Shown here: positions 46,693-55,974 of the stretch, in pieces
Layout of the letters: every line of letters starts with the position of its first letter
Position numbering within the stretch: position 1 is the first letter of the stretch
NCBI GenBank assembly: GCA_016193365.1
Contig: JACPSI010000123.1
Span: 20,543-84,542, forward strand
Length of the DNA stretch: 64,000 nucleotides
Source of the DNA: Ignavibacteriales bacterium
Lineage (GTDB): Bacteria > Bacteroidota > Ignavibacteria > UBA10030
Reading direction: 5' to 3'
Made by a program: the position numbers and the translations under genes
The notes under the pieces: generated by a model
The model's input: only the letters and a program-made list of their open reading frames with translations
What the model was told of the DNA's origin: nothing
The model's database searches: none

Positions 46693-47925
46693 ATGCGCTA
46701 CTTTTTCGACGAATTGAAAGAAGGGCTGTCGATTGCTTTTGCAGCCATCCGAGCGAACAAGATGCGCTCGGTACTCACAACGCTCGGAATCGTGATTGGT
46801 ATCGTGTCTGTCACGCTCATGGGCACAGCCATTGAAGGGTTGAATCGGGCGTTTAACAAAAGTATTGCAGCCATAGGAGCGGACGTTCTTTACATACAAA
46901 AATGGCCATGGGGAGGCGGAGGAAACTGGTGGGAAATTCGAAATCGCCGGGATCTGAGCATTCAGCATGCACGCTCCATCGAAAGAAATGCGGAAACGGT
47001 GAGGAGCGTTTCTCCCACCAACGGAACGGCGCGCAATGTACAATTCGGACGAAAACTGATCGAGAACGCCATTGTGGTGGGAACGGACGAAGATTTTCTG
47101 GAAACGAGCAATGTGAACGTCGTGCTTGGCCGGTTCATGACAGCTCTCGAAACAAACGGCGGCCGCCCTGTGTGTGTGATAGGCTCGGAGATATCCGAGA
47201 ATCTTTTTCCGAGCGAAAGCCCACTTGGAAAGGTAATTAAAGTCGGAGGCTATCCCTACAGAGTTCTTGGTGTCCTGGACCGTCAGGGGTCGTTCCTTGG
47301 AATGGCGTCACTTGATAATCGTGTCTATGTGCCAATCTCCAGATTCTATAAAGAATTCAAGTCAATGCATGGGGGCGGACTCTCGATTATGGTAAAGGCG
47401 GAAAATCTTGCAGACCTCGAGGAGACGAAAGAAGAAGTACGCGGCATCATGCGAAAAGCGCGGAAGCTCAGCCCAAAACAGGAAGACGACTTCGCTATTA
47501 ATCAACAGGAAATTTTTGTCAACTTTTTCAACCAGATTGGCAGCGTTATCGCCGCTGTTGGATTGTTTATCACGGGCCTCTCTCTGTTTGTCGGTGGGAT
47601 AGGAATCATGAATATCATGTTTGTTTCAGTGACAGAGCGTACGAAAGAAATTGGCATACGAAAAGCGATAGGCGCCCCGCGGCGCAGCATACTACTTCAG
47701 TTTCTTATGGAGGCGGCAACCCTTTGTCTTATGGGAGGAATGATCGGTATTATTATCGCGTTTCCTCTGAGTCTCATCATCGATCAGGTCCTTCCTACGG
47801 CAATGCCAGTAATCATTGTTGTCGTTGCGCTTCTCGTTTCGATTCTCGTCGGCGTGATTTCCGGTTTCCTGCCAGCTTATCGGGCTTCTCGCATGGATCC
47901 GGTTGATGCGTTGCGATATGAGTAA
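46693..47925 (+). CDS. ABC transporter permease (MacB_PCD + FtsX domains)
   Basis: N-terminal TM helix, large periplasmic domain, and a C-terminal FtsX 3-TM bundle with EIGIRKAIGA. Confidence 0.88.
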   Translation: MRYFFDELKEGLSIAFAAIRANKMRSVLTTLGIVIGIVSVTLMGTAIEGLNRAFNKSIAAIGADVLYIQKWPWGGGGNWWEIRNRRDLSIQHARSIERNAETVRSVSPTNGTARNVQFGRKLIENAIVVGTDEDFLETSNVNVVLGRFMTALETNGGRPVCVIGSEISENLFPSESPLGKVIKVGGYPYRVLGVLDRQGSFLGMASLDNRVYVPISRFYKEFKSMHGGGLSIMVKAENLADLEETKEEVRGIMRKARKLSPKQEDDFAINQQEIFVNFFNQIGSVIAAVGLFITGLSLFVGGIGIMNIMFVSVTERTKEIGIRKAIGAPRRSILLQFLMEAATLCLMGGMIGIIIAFPLSLIIDQVLPTAMPVIIVVVALLVSILVGVISGFLPAYRASRMDPVDALRYE

Positions 47926-47935
47926 ATGATATAAA

Positions 47936-49162
47936 ATGGATTTCACAGAAATCATCAAAATATCTCTCAACGCCATTCGAGCCAATAAACTGCGCTCGAT
48001 CCTCACCTTGTTGGGGATTGTTGTTGGCGTGTTTTCGATTATAGGTGTTATGACCGCGGTTGATGTGCTGCAGAACAGCATCGAGAGCGGGATGAGTAAT
48101 CTTGGCGCACACACATTCCAAATTCAGAAATTCCCCGTGATGGCGAGCCGTCAACAATGGTTAAAGGCCCGCAATCGAAAAGACATCACGTATGAACAGG
48201 CGTCAAAAGTAGAGGATCGAATCACGACGGCGATGTATGTGGGGATTGAGGCGTTTGACCAGGGGAATGTAGTTCAGGCGCTGACTGGTGAAAAAACGAA
48301 TCCGAATGTCCTGGTTTTTGGTGAGACGCCGAACGGCATACCTACGAATAACTGGGCAATCCGCGAAGGGAGGTCCATCTCGAACGATGATTTCAGAAAC
48401 GCGCGCAAGGTGGTGATTCTCGGACGCGATATTGTTTCAAAAGTGTTTCCACGTGGTGATGCTGTGGGTTCGGAGGTAAAAATCAACGGTGTTCGTTACT
48501 CAGTGATTGGGAACTTTGAGCCTAAGGGAGCTTCTCTGGGCGGACCCAATGAGAACTATGTCGCCATCCCACTCAGTGCATACCAGGAACAATTTGGAAC
48601 GCGCAGGTCTCTAAATATCATGATCAAAGCCAAGTCTCCCGAACTCTATGAGGATTGCCTGGAAGAGGCCCGCATGATTCTCCGAACCGTAAGAAAAGTG
48701 CCTCCTGGGGCCGAGGACGATTTTTCTGTGTTCTCGAACGACTCGATGATTGAGCAATTCAACAGTTTTACCCAGTATGTCAAGCTCGGCGTCGGGTTTA
48801 TCAGTTTTGTGTCGTTGCTCGCGGCGGGTGTGGGCATTATGAACATCATGCTCGTTTCTGTGTCGGAGCGCATCAAGGAAATCGGCATCCGAAAAGCGAT
48901 CGGGGCCAGGAAAAAGAACATCCTGAGTCAGTTCCTGACAGAAGCGATCGTGCTCTGCCAGATAGGGGGAATTCTCGGAATCCTGGTTGGAATTCTCATG
49001 GGAAACCTTGTCGCGCTGATGTTCGAGGTGCCGCCGGTTTTTCCGCTTGACTGGGCGATCTTAGGTTTTGTGATTTGTTCTCTCGTAGGCGTTATCTTCG
49101 GCGTGTACCCAGCATGGAAGGCGGCGAATCTCGATCCGATTGAGGCATTAAGGTACGAATAA
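47936..49162 (+). CDS. ABC transporter permease (MacB_PCD + FtsX domains), second copy
   Basis: Same architecture as the previous gene. EIGIRKAIGA motif and a C-terminal DPIEALRYE. Confidence 0.88.
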   Translation: MDFTEIIKISLNAIRANKLRSILTLLGIVVGVFSIIGVMTAVDVLQNSIESGMSNLGAHTFQIQKFPVMASRQQWLKARNRKDITYEQASKVEDRITTAMYVGIEAFDQGNVVQALTGEKTNPNVLVFGETPNGIPTNNWAIREGRSISNDDFRNARKVVILGRDIVSKVFPRGDAVGSEVKINGVRYSVIGNFEPKGASLGGPNENYVAIPLSAYQEQFGTRRSLNIMIKAKSPELYEDCLEEARMILRTVRKVPPGAEDDFSVFSNDSMIEQFNSFTQYVKLGVGFISFVSLLAAGVGIMNIMLVSVSERIKEIGIRKAIGARKKNILSQFLTEAIVLCQIGGILGILVGILMGNLVALMFEVPPVFPLDWAILGFVICSLVGVIFGVYPAWKAANLDPIEALRYE

Positions 49163-49163
49163 C

Positions 49164-49197
49164 GATTGCGGATTTCGAAATTGCGGATTGCGGATTG
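49164..49197. repeat. Tandem oligomer array 3x (A)TTGCGGATT flanking the four-helix-bundle ORF
   Basis: GATTGCGGATTTCGAAATTGCGGATTGCGGATTG. Inverted partner motifs AATCCGCA (49634-49641) and AATCCCAAATT (49620-49630) lie on the other side of the ORF. Confidence 0.6.
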
Positions 49198-49233
49198 ATG
49201 TTTTGCAAAAATAGGCCCGGCTTAAAGTCCACA

Positions 49234-49590
49234 CTAACGTTTGTTTTTCTTTGCGGTTACGATCGACGAAACGGTTATTGCAAGTAACTCATTTCCCTCG
49301 GACATGAGATTCTGAAGATTCTCTGCCTTAACAACCCTCGCTCCAATCAAGAGTTCCATCCAGTATAAAGATTCGTCCAGTTCTTCTTCAACAGTGCCCA
49401 TTTTTGATATGAAATCAGCTCGAGATTTAGCCCTGCATGCAGCACGATAATTCGCTCCGGGCGATGTGCAAGATCTTAATAATTGTCGCCCGATAACATC
49501 AGCAGTTTTCGTGTTTGGTAATGTCTCAATGAGGGCGATGACATTCAATGCAAAGGCTTTCATTCTTTCTTTAATTTCTTCCGGATTCAT
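49234..49590 (-). CDS. Four-helix-bundle protein (23S rRNA intervening-sequence protein family)
   Basis: 118 aa. QLLRSCTSPGANYRAACRAKSRADFISKMGTVEEELDESLYWMELL is the family signature. Confidence 0.82.
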   Translation of the reverse strand: MNPEEIKERMKAFALNVIALIETLPNTKTADVIGRQLLRSCTSPGANYRAACRAKSRADFISKMGTVEEELDESLYWMELLIGARVVKAENLQNLMSEGNELLAITVSSIVTAKKNKR

Positions 49591-49645
49591 AATGATCTAT
49601 TCCTTATGTTTACGTCCATAATCCCAAATTCACAATCCGCATTTG

Positions 49646-51346
49646 CTAGGCTTTCATCCTTCTTCCCTTCTCTTCCTCCGAAAACACCCAACCTGCGAGT
49701 TTCCCCGGATCGATATCCTCAAAGTTGTTCCAATAGGCTTTTGAGCGGAAATGCCGCGATGATGTCTCGCCTGTCGGGATGAGCTCGGTATCATTCATGA
49801 TTCTCAAGAATCGGTTTTTCCAGCGTTCCATATTCTTTGTTCGCAAATCCACCCAGCCGTCGTGCGCCCAAGCGTCCAGGGATTTGGATGTTATGGCTAG
49901 CTCGTTGTCGCCGCGATAGGGGGGAATTTTGATTTCCTCACCGCGGACAAGTGTCTTTCCGTCGGCCATGAGGATGGGAATGCCGATGGAAATAATCTGT
50001 GAACGCAATTCTGCATTCGCCCGAACTTGCCCCTCGAGTTTTGCTGAAATCTCTTTCGGGCTTGCTCCCGCCACTCGTTTCATTTTTTCGTACGTCAGTT
50101 GAAGAAGATATGCCTCGTACAGAAGTTTTGACAATCGCGGAGGTCCCAGTATTTCAAAAGCAATGCTTTTCGTGCTATGCTTTGCTTCAAGCGATTGCAG
50201 TTGTTTCAAAGCCTGGTCGAACATGAAACCGGCGCGGTATGTCGGGTTGAGTGTTGCGTTATCGAGGGCATTGATGATATCGTGGCCTGTGTTTCCGCCT
50301 TTGATTTCATACACAACTGAATCGGCAATTTCCTCCGGTGTGACATACTCCATCTGGCCTGGCGTAGAAATAGCTTCAAATTCCGCGCGGGAAAACGTGC
50401 CATTTTCTCCCGTATCGATGAACACAGATCGCAGAGGTTGATGTAATGCTTTCCATTTCTGCGTGTTGTCTTTGAGCTTGAGCGAGCCTTTCAACTGTAC
50501 CCCACTTTCTGGAGGACAATCAAACAATTCGATTGCTTTTCCGCGCTTCTTGATTTCTCCGTATCCTATCCGCTTCCAGGCAATGGCTGCCGTCGGTTTG
50601 ATTTCTTTCGTAATCGGCGCATCCGGCGTACGGCCCATGAGAAACAACAGCATAGTATGAGCGCCCGCAACAGAAGATTTTCCGAGCAGGACTGAAGAAG
50701 GACGTTCTTCGCTGTGTGTGTAGGGGATATTCAATCCCATGCCTCCCGTTCCGCTTGTTCCGATCTTGACATAAATCTTTGTTCCAACCTTCTGCATGGA
50801 ACGATAGAGAAGCTGGACATGACGAATAAGCTGCGGTGTATATTGAGTGGCGAGGAGCCGCTCTGTTGCTTCCAGAAGAGATGCGCTGCTTCCGTTCTTC
50901 AGTTCCTTCCGGACTTCGCGTGCGATGTGGAAAAGGTCCTGATACGCGATGGCAGTTGCAGAGTTAATACAATCGATGACGATGTGCGGTTTGTGCTGCC
51001 TGAGCAATTGATACACGGCTGAGCGATCCAACACCTCGGAGGAAAACTCATCCAAAAGGTCATCGATGAGCATCGAACGGGTGCTTGCATTGCGGAGGAT
51101 TTCCTCACGCGGAGTGTCTTTTAACGTGTGACGGACGAAGATGTTACCCCACCACGGCCGAAAAAAGCTTCGCCGGAGGCGTGGGAATTCCTTCTGGAGT
51201 GCCTGGACTGCTTCCTTTGCTTCGGATTGGAGAAGGGAAGTGACAATGATTCTCTTTGGCCGGTGCTCGATGAGTTTTCTGCAAATCGCCGACCCGACGA
51301 GTCCCCAGCCTCCCAAGACAAGTACAGTTTTGTTCTGGATATCCAT
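49646..51346 (-). CDS. Large uncharacterised protein with N-terminal NAD(P)-binding Rossmann domain
   Basis: 566 aa. KTVLVLGGWGLVGSAICRKL dinucleotide-binding motif, with the conserved-looking block KIGTSGTGGMGLNIPYTHSE. I cannot assign the remainder. Confidence 0.5.
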   Translation of the reverse strand: MDIQNKTVLVLGGWGLVGSAICRKLIEHRPKRIIVTSLLQSEAKEAVQALQKEFPRLRRSFFRPWWGNIFVRHTLKDTPREEILRNASTRSMLIDDLLDEFSSEVLDRSAVYQLLRQHKPHIVIDCINSATAIAYQDLFHIAREVRKELKNGSSASLLEATERLLATQYTPQLIRHVQLLYRSMQKVGTKIYVKIGTSGTGGMGLNIPYTHSEERPSSVLLGKSSVAGAHTMLLFLMGRTPDAPITKEIKPTAAIAWKRIGYGEIKKRGKAIELFDCPPESGVQLKGSLKLKDNTQKWKALHQPLRSVFIDTGENGTFSRAEFEAISTPGQMEYVTPEEIADSVVYEIKGGNTGHDIINALDNATLNPTYRAGFMFDQALKQLQSLEAKHSTKSIAFEILGPPRLSKLLYEAYLLQLTYEKMKRVAGASPKEISAKLEGQVRANAELRSQIISIGIPILMADGKTLVRGEEIKIPPYRGDNELAITSKSLDAWAHDGWVDLRTKNMERWKNRFLRIMNDTELIPTGETSSRHFRSKAYWNNFEDIDPGKLAGWVFSEEEKGRRMKA

Positions 51347-51384
51347 TGGAGATTCTCTGGTTGGTGGTGAGCGCTATGTCATGC

Positions 51385-52884
51385 CTACTTCGGAACAACC
51401 GTATCGTACCAAAATTTCTTCTCCCGGCTTCCGACTTCATCGATATGAACATGCTTTGTTTCAGTATATTCTTTCAATCCGTCGAGCCCGAACTCGCGGC
51501 CGATTCCACTCTGTTTGTATCCGCCGAAAGGAGCCTTTTCGCTGATCAAATGCCATTCATTGATCCAGACCGTTCCCGCGCGAAGCCGTTGGGCCACATT
51601 CATCGCACGTTCTTTGTCCTTTGACCAGACACCGCCGCCAAGGCCGTAGATTGAGTCGTTTGCCATCTCGATGGCTTGATCGTCAGTGTCGTAAGATATC
51701 ACAGAGAGGACCGGTCCGAAAATTTCCTCCTGCGCGATAGTCATCGAATTTTTCACGTTTGTGAAAACGGTGGGTTCAACAAAGAATCCCTTCGATAGGG
51801 TCGGGTCTGATGGCGTACCGCCGCCGACAACTGCGTTCGCTCCCTGTTCCTTTCCTTTTGCGATATAGCCAAGAATTCGTTCCTGCTGTCTCTTTGATAT
51901 GACGGGGCCAAGGTCTGTGCTCGTATCGCGCGGGTCACCAAGTTTTAGCTTTCTTGTTTTAGCGATGAGCCTCTCCATGAACTCGTCGTGAATCTTCTTG
52001 GGTAAGAACAGGCGCGTTCCCGCTTCGCAACACTGACCCTGATGGTAGAAGATTGCATACAGAGCGCCATCAACAGCAAGAGAAAGGTCGGCGTCGTCGA
52101 GCACAATGTTGGCAGATTTTCCTCCGCACTCGAGAGTAACTTTCTTCAAATGTTGGGAAGCAAAAACCATCACTTTCCGTCCGACGGCTGTAGATCCCGT
52201 AAAAGAAATCTTGTCCACCATCGGATTCTTGACAATCTCCTCGCCGACATCCTCGCCAAATCCTGGGATAATATTGACTGCGCCTTTGGGAATCCCAACC
52301 TCAGTCAGGATTTTTGCAAGCTCCATTGCCGTGCAAGGGGTCAACTCGGATGGTTTTAGCACCACCGTGTTTCCGGCAGCAAGTGCGGGGCCAAGTTTCC
52401 AAACGGCCATCTTCAACGGGAAATTCCAGGGAATAATCGCGCCAACGACGCCTACAGGTTCACGCACAAGGAGATTTTGACTGAACCCCGGCTTCGAAAG
52501 CCCTTCGATGTTTTCGGTGAGGTCCATTGCCGCCATCTTGGAAAAAGAATGCATATTGCGGGCAGAGAGGTAGATGTCTTCTTTTGCTTTTCGGACAGTT
52601 GAACCGGAATCGATGACCTCGAGGGCTACCAGGTCTTTCTGTTTTTCGTTAATCTTGTCCGAAATTGCCTTGAGCATGGAAGAACGTTCTTCCCGTGTCA
52701 TTCGGGGCCAGGCGCCTCCGTCGAACGCCTTGCGCGCGGCAGCGATGGCTAGCCTCGCATCTTCAGCATTTGCTCGAGAGACTTTAGCGACAACCTCCTG
52801 GTTAAAGGGGTTTATGGAATCGGAAGTTTGTCCTGAAACGGAGTCGACAAACTCGCCATTGATGAAAAGCTGATAGTGGAGCAT
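51385..52884 (-). CDS. Aldehyde dehydrogenase family protein
   Basis: ISFTGSTAVG, catalytic Cys box TLECGGKSA, EEIFGPV, and PFGGYKQSGIGRE at the C-terminus. Confidence 0.92.
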   Translation of the reverse strand: MLHYQLFINGEFVDSVSGQTSDSINPFNQEVVAKVSRANAEDARLAIAAARKAFDGGAWPRMTREERSSMLKAISDKINEKQKDLVALEVIDSGSTVRKAKEDIYLSARNMHSFSKMAAMDLTENIEGLSKPGFSQNLLVREPVGVVGAIIPWNFPLKMAVWKLGPALAAGNTVVLKPSELTPCTAMELAKILTEVGIPKGAVNIIPGFGEDVGEEIVKNPMVDKISFTGSTAVGRKVMVFASQHLKKVTLECGGKSANIVLDDADLSLAVDGALYAIFYHQGQCCEAGTRLFLPKKIHDEFMERLIAKTRKLKLGDPRDTSTDLGPVISKRQQERILGYIAKGKEQGANAVVGGGTPSDPTLSKGFFVEPTVFTNVKNSMTIAQEEIFGPVLSVISYDTDDQAIEMANDSIYGLGGGVWSKDKERAMNVAQRLRAGTVWINEWHLISEKAPFGGYKQSGIGREFGLDGLKEYTETKHVHIDEVGSREKKFWYDTVVPK

Positions 52885-52917
52885 AGAGGAATGATTAATA
52901 AATGATAGAGTCTGACA

Positions 52918-53850
52918 TCACTGTAGGAAATCTTTGATAGCCGCAACGAAATCCTCTTGACATTCAATGTACGGAAAATGGCCGCAATTTTTGAGTATCA
53001 CAAGTTTTGAGCCTCGAATCGATCCTTGGATTTTCTCAAGCATTTCTCGTGTCACCTGGTCGTAATCACCGCCAATAATAAAAGTTGGACATTGAATGGC
53101 AGTCAATTCCTTGTGCAAATCGTATGAACGCAACGTCTGGTCTTTAAAGAGGTGCTGAAGCATCGCGCTGCTTCTTGCATAATTGGGCTGGAAGGTCAAC
53201 GTGAGGCTGTCCGCGTAGCGAGGCTCATAGAAAGAGCCTTTGAACGCTATTCGAAAAAGTTTTGCCATTGCTTCGGGTTCCCGTTTTCGAAATTCCTCGC
53301 TGCGCAAGATCTTTACACGCACAACACAATCCTCTTTCGTAATCCGGGATCGCGCAATCGCCTCTGCTTGATCTCTGAATCCTGAGCTGGCGGGGGCTGT
53401 GTTGATCAGTAACAATGAATTCAGACGCTTGGTGTATTTCACGGCATAAGACATTGACAATAATCCCCCCCAGGAATGCCCCATGAGATTCATTTTTTCG
53501 ATTCCGAAAGATTGGCGGATTCCTTCGATGTCTTCGACGAAATTAGTCAGCGTCATTGAATTCGAGTCTACTTCAACGCTTGATCTTCCGCTGGCACGGA
53601 TGTCGAAGAAAATCAAACGGTAGTGGTTGGCGAGCACCTTCATTTGGGGCAGAAGGTATGAGTGATCAAGCCCCGGGCCACCATGCACGACTACGATTGG
53701 CTGTCCGTGTCCCACCATTTTTGTAAAGAGATGAGCGCCGTTGATAACCCTGAGCTCTTCTTTTTCAATCAAAGGTTGGGCTCGTAAACCCGAACACACA
53801 CCAACGAGAATGCACAGGAACTGGCGAGTGCGCTTTGTGAGGTTCAGCAT
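52918..53850 (-). CDS. Secreted alpha/beta hydrolase (proline iminopeptidase-like)
   Basis: Signal peptide, HGGPG oxyanion motif, nucleophile elbow GHSWGG, and a C-terminal His (NCGHFPY). Confidence 0.82.
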   Translation of the reverse strand: MLNLTKRTRQFLCILVGVCSGLRAQPLIEKEELRVINGAHLFTKMVGHGQPIVVVHGGPGLDHSYLLPQMKVLANHYRLIFFDIRASGRSSVEVDSNSMTLTNFVEDIEGIRQSFGIEKMNLMGHSWGGLLSMSYAVKYTKRLNSLLLINTAPASSGFRDQAEAIARSRITKEDCVVRVKILRSEEFRKREPEAMAKLFRIAFKGSFYEPRYADSLTLTFQPNYARSSAMLQHLFKDQTLRSYDLHKELTAIQCPTFIIGGDYDQVTREMLEKIQGSIRGSKLVILKNCGHFPYIECQEDFVAAIKDFLQ

Positions 53851-53862
53851 CTGAAGAGTTGA

Positions 53863-54717
53863 CTAATGGGTTGCGTAATTCTTTTCGCCGGCGAGCACCT
53901 CAATTGGGAGCTTGTTTTCGGGAGGAGGGAGAGGGCATGTTGCATGTTCTGTGAAAGCGCATGGAGGGTTGTAAGCCTTGTTGAAATCGAGGACAACCTT
54001 TCCGTCTTTTGCCCGTTTTGAATAGAGAAACCGTCCGGCACTGTATGTCTCTTTTCCGTTTGTCTTGTCACCGTAGATAAAAAAGTAGTCTCCGTCGGGT
54101 TCTTCCAGTACTGGCTCGAGACGATACTCTTTTCCTCCAATGCTAAAAATTGCAACGCCGGGTACGGGATAGTCTTCGACGTACCCTGGTATCACGGTCG
54201 GCACCTTGATTTGTTTTGGAGGGTTGTAGGCTTCCCAGCGAGCCTCTATCCTCCAGCCTAATGAAACAGTATACCGGGTAATTCCGTTAAAGTGTGCGCG
54301 AGCTTTTGATTCCTTATCCCAAGTGCGTATTGCGTAGCGGTCACCACGCTTTATCACAACGAACGTTTTCGAGCCGATTCTCACCGTGTCCGGCCGAATG
54401 TTTTGACCCTCGGGCACAATAACACCCTGAGAGAAAGGCTTATCGTTGACTGTTGCCTTGATGTTGACATTCGGAGTAAACGAAATCGTGCCGCTGTGCA
54501 GTGTCACTGTGCCAACATTGTAAATTTGATTTTCTCCTTCTTTTAACCAATCGAGTCCGACCAATGTCAACCATCCGTAGTCGCGTTGTAGGTTTCGAAT
54601 GCGTCGTTCATGCCAGGAGCGAACTTCCTCGTGATGTGCTAGGGACGTTGAATCAATCCAGCCCCCGGAGAAAGCTGTCGGGAGAAAGAGGAGAGTCTGA
54701 AAAAGAGTGCCAAGCAT
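53863..54717 (-). CDS. DUF1684 domain protein
   Basis: DYGWLTLVGLDWL ... FNKAYNPPCAF ... ATCPLPPPENKL are DUF1684 hallmarks. ATG 54717 gives a signal peptide. Confidence 0.75.
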   Translation of the reverse strand: MLGTLFQTLLFLPTAFSGGWIDSTSLAHHEEVRSWHERRIRNLQRDYGWLTLVGLDWLKEGENQIYNVGTVTLHSGTISFTPNVNIKATVNDKPFSQGVIVPEGQNIRPDTVRIGSKTFVVIKRGDRYAIRTWDKESKARAHFNGITRYTVSLGWRIEARWEAYNPPKQIKVPTVIPGYVEDYPVPGVAIFSIGGKEYRLEPVLEEPDGDYFFIYGDKTNGKETYSAGRFLYSKRAKDGKVVLDFNKAYNPPCAFTEHATCPLPPPENKLPIEVLAGEKNYATH

Positions 54718-54903
54718 CGCAAGGCAAGATAGAGAATGATTGGCAAAATGGAAACAAAAAAGCCGTCTCTCAGGAGACGGCCCGTTCAAAGGAAACCCGC
54801 CCGAACGACCGATTCGCGTTGCACTTTGTTCGGTCGGGCGGGAGCGACGCTTCTGCTTTAGTTTGTCTTTTAAGGAAGCGTCGCTTTTTTGTAGACGGGA
54901 TAA

Positions 54904-55797
54904 TTACTGTTTCTCCCGAACGAGATCTCCAACTTTGAAATCTTTTCCGTCCAGAACAGTTGCTTTACATGCCTTCCCCTGGAGCATGTCCTCTTTTACT
55001 TTGACCCTTCCAACCTTCTCCTCTTCGGCACCGAGAGAAAGGCCAGTATCGGGGTCTTTGATCTCTTCGCCCTTGCGCCAGATTTCAAACTCCATCCCCG
55101 GTTTCACATTTCCTTCGGACCCGGGTTTCAAAAGTATCGTTCCGTCGGTATTCACGCGGAGAATTTTTCCGGACCAGGGAATCTTCGACATGTTTTCCGT
55201 TATCAGTTCGACGCAGCCATTCACGGCCTCTCTGGTTGCCTGGCCGATGTCGGTGTCGTTCCAGTGGCTTGGATTACTGAAATCAATGCTTTCATACCGG
55301 ACACTAAGGCCGGTCGTCGATTCTTCGCCTTCCTCGGACTCTGCAGCAATGATTTCACCCGTGTTGACATTCACGAGTCGAATATCCACCACTGCTCGAG
55401 CTTTCTTCGTGGTCACGCCCCCGCCGAAGAGTGGCACATTTCCGCCAATACTGCTTTCTTTCGTGCCGAATTCCGTTACACTTCCGACAACGAACAACTC
55501 AACGCCAAGAATCTGTCCGACTTTTGGAGCTGACTCAGGAGTGACCATAAAGGATTGGCCGAATTGCTGTTCCTGAATGACTTTATCAATTTCCTGGCGC
55601 TCAAGAACCATGAATTTTCCACTCTTGACAAGAGCCGTTGCGAGCATATCAGCTACGCCCTGGCCGAGGGAATGGTAGCCGCTTCCGGTTTTGTCATGAA
55701 ATGTTGCGATGGCAACTCGTTTCTTCAGCTGAGCGTCGCTGGACGCGAAAAAGAATAACGACAACACAACAACCAGCATTGTCTGTCTTCTCATCAT
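54904..55797 (-). CDS. CsgG/HfaB-like periplasmic lipoprotein family protein with C-terminal beta-rich extension
   Basis: AAGGAGG Shine-Dalgarno sequence before ATG 55797. Signal peptide, then KKRVAIATFHDKTGSG...LGQGVADMLATALVKSGKFMVLERQEIDKVIQEQ. Confidence 0.7.
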   Translation of the reverse strand: MMRRQTMLVVVLSLFFFASSDAQLKKRVAIATFHDKTGSGYHSLGQGVADMLATALVKSGKFMVLERQEIDKVIQEQQFGQSFMVTPESAPKVGQILGVELFVVGSVTEFGTKESSIGGNVPLFGGGVTTKKARAVVDIRLVNVNTGEIIAAESEEGEESTTGLSVRYESIDFSNPSHWNDTDIGQATREAVNGCVELITENMSKIPWSGKILRVNTDGTILLKPGSEGNVKPGMEFEIWRKGEEIKDPDTGLSLGAEEEKVGRVKVKEDMLQGKACKATVLDGKDFKVGDLVREKQ

Positions 55798-55974
55798 TGT
55801 CAGTACCTCCTTGTTTGTTGATGAACTTTGAGGGTTGATTGAATAGTGAACCAAGGTACGGAATAAAACTCTTAAGAAACAACTTCGTGATTTCACAGCC
55901 CGAGGTTGTTCGTTTATAGCCATCCTCGAAAATGGTCTTGCAGCTTCACGACACGGGTTGTATATTTGTCGTCA

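Noticed and set aside
49164-49197. Tandem TTGCGGATT units, and the CGCAAAG units at 2542-2567, considered as a mini CRISPR or other array
   Set aside because: The units are 7-10 nt with no spacers of CRISPR size. There are only three copies, and no cas genes are present. They are better explained as flanking repeats of the small selfish-type ORFs.
54740-55576. 278-aa plus-strand ORF
   Set aside because: It is antisense to the CsgG-like gene. The translation is Ser/Pro/Phe-rich and low-complexity. The same reasoning applies to 22130..22855(-), 28202..28738(-), 28775..29299(-) and 30014..30736(-), which lie opposite the EF-G paralogue and uvrA.
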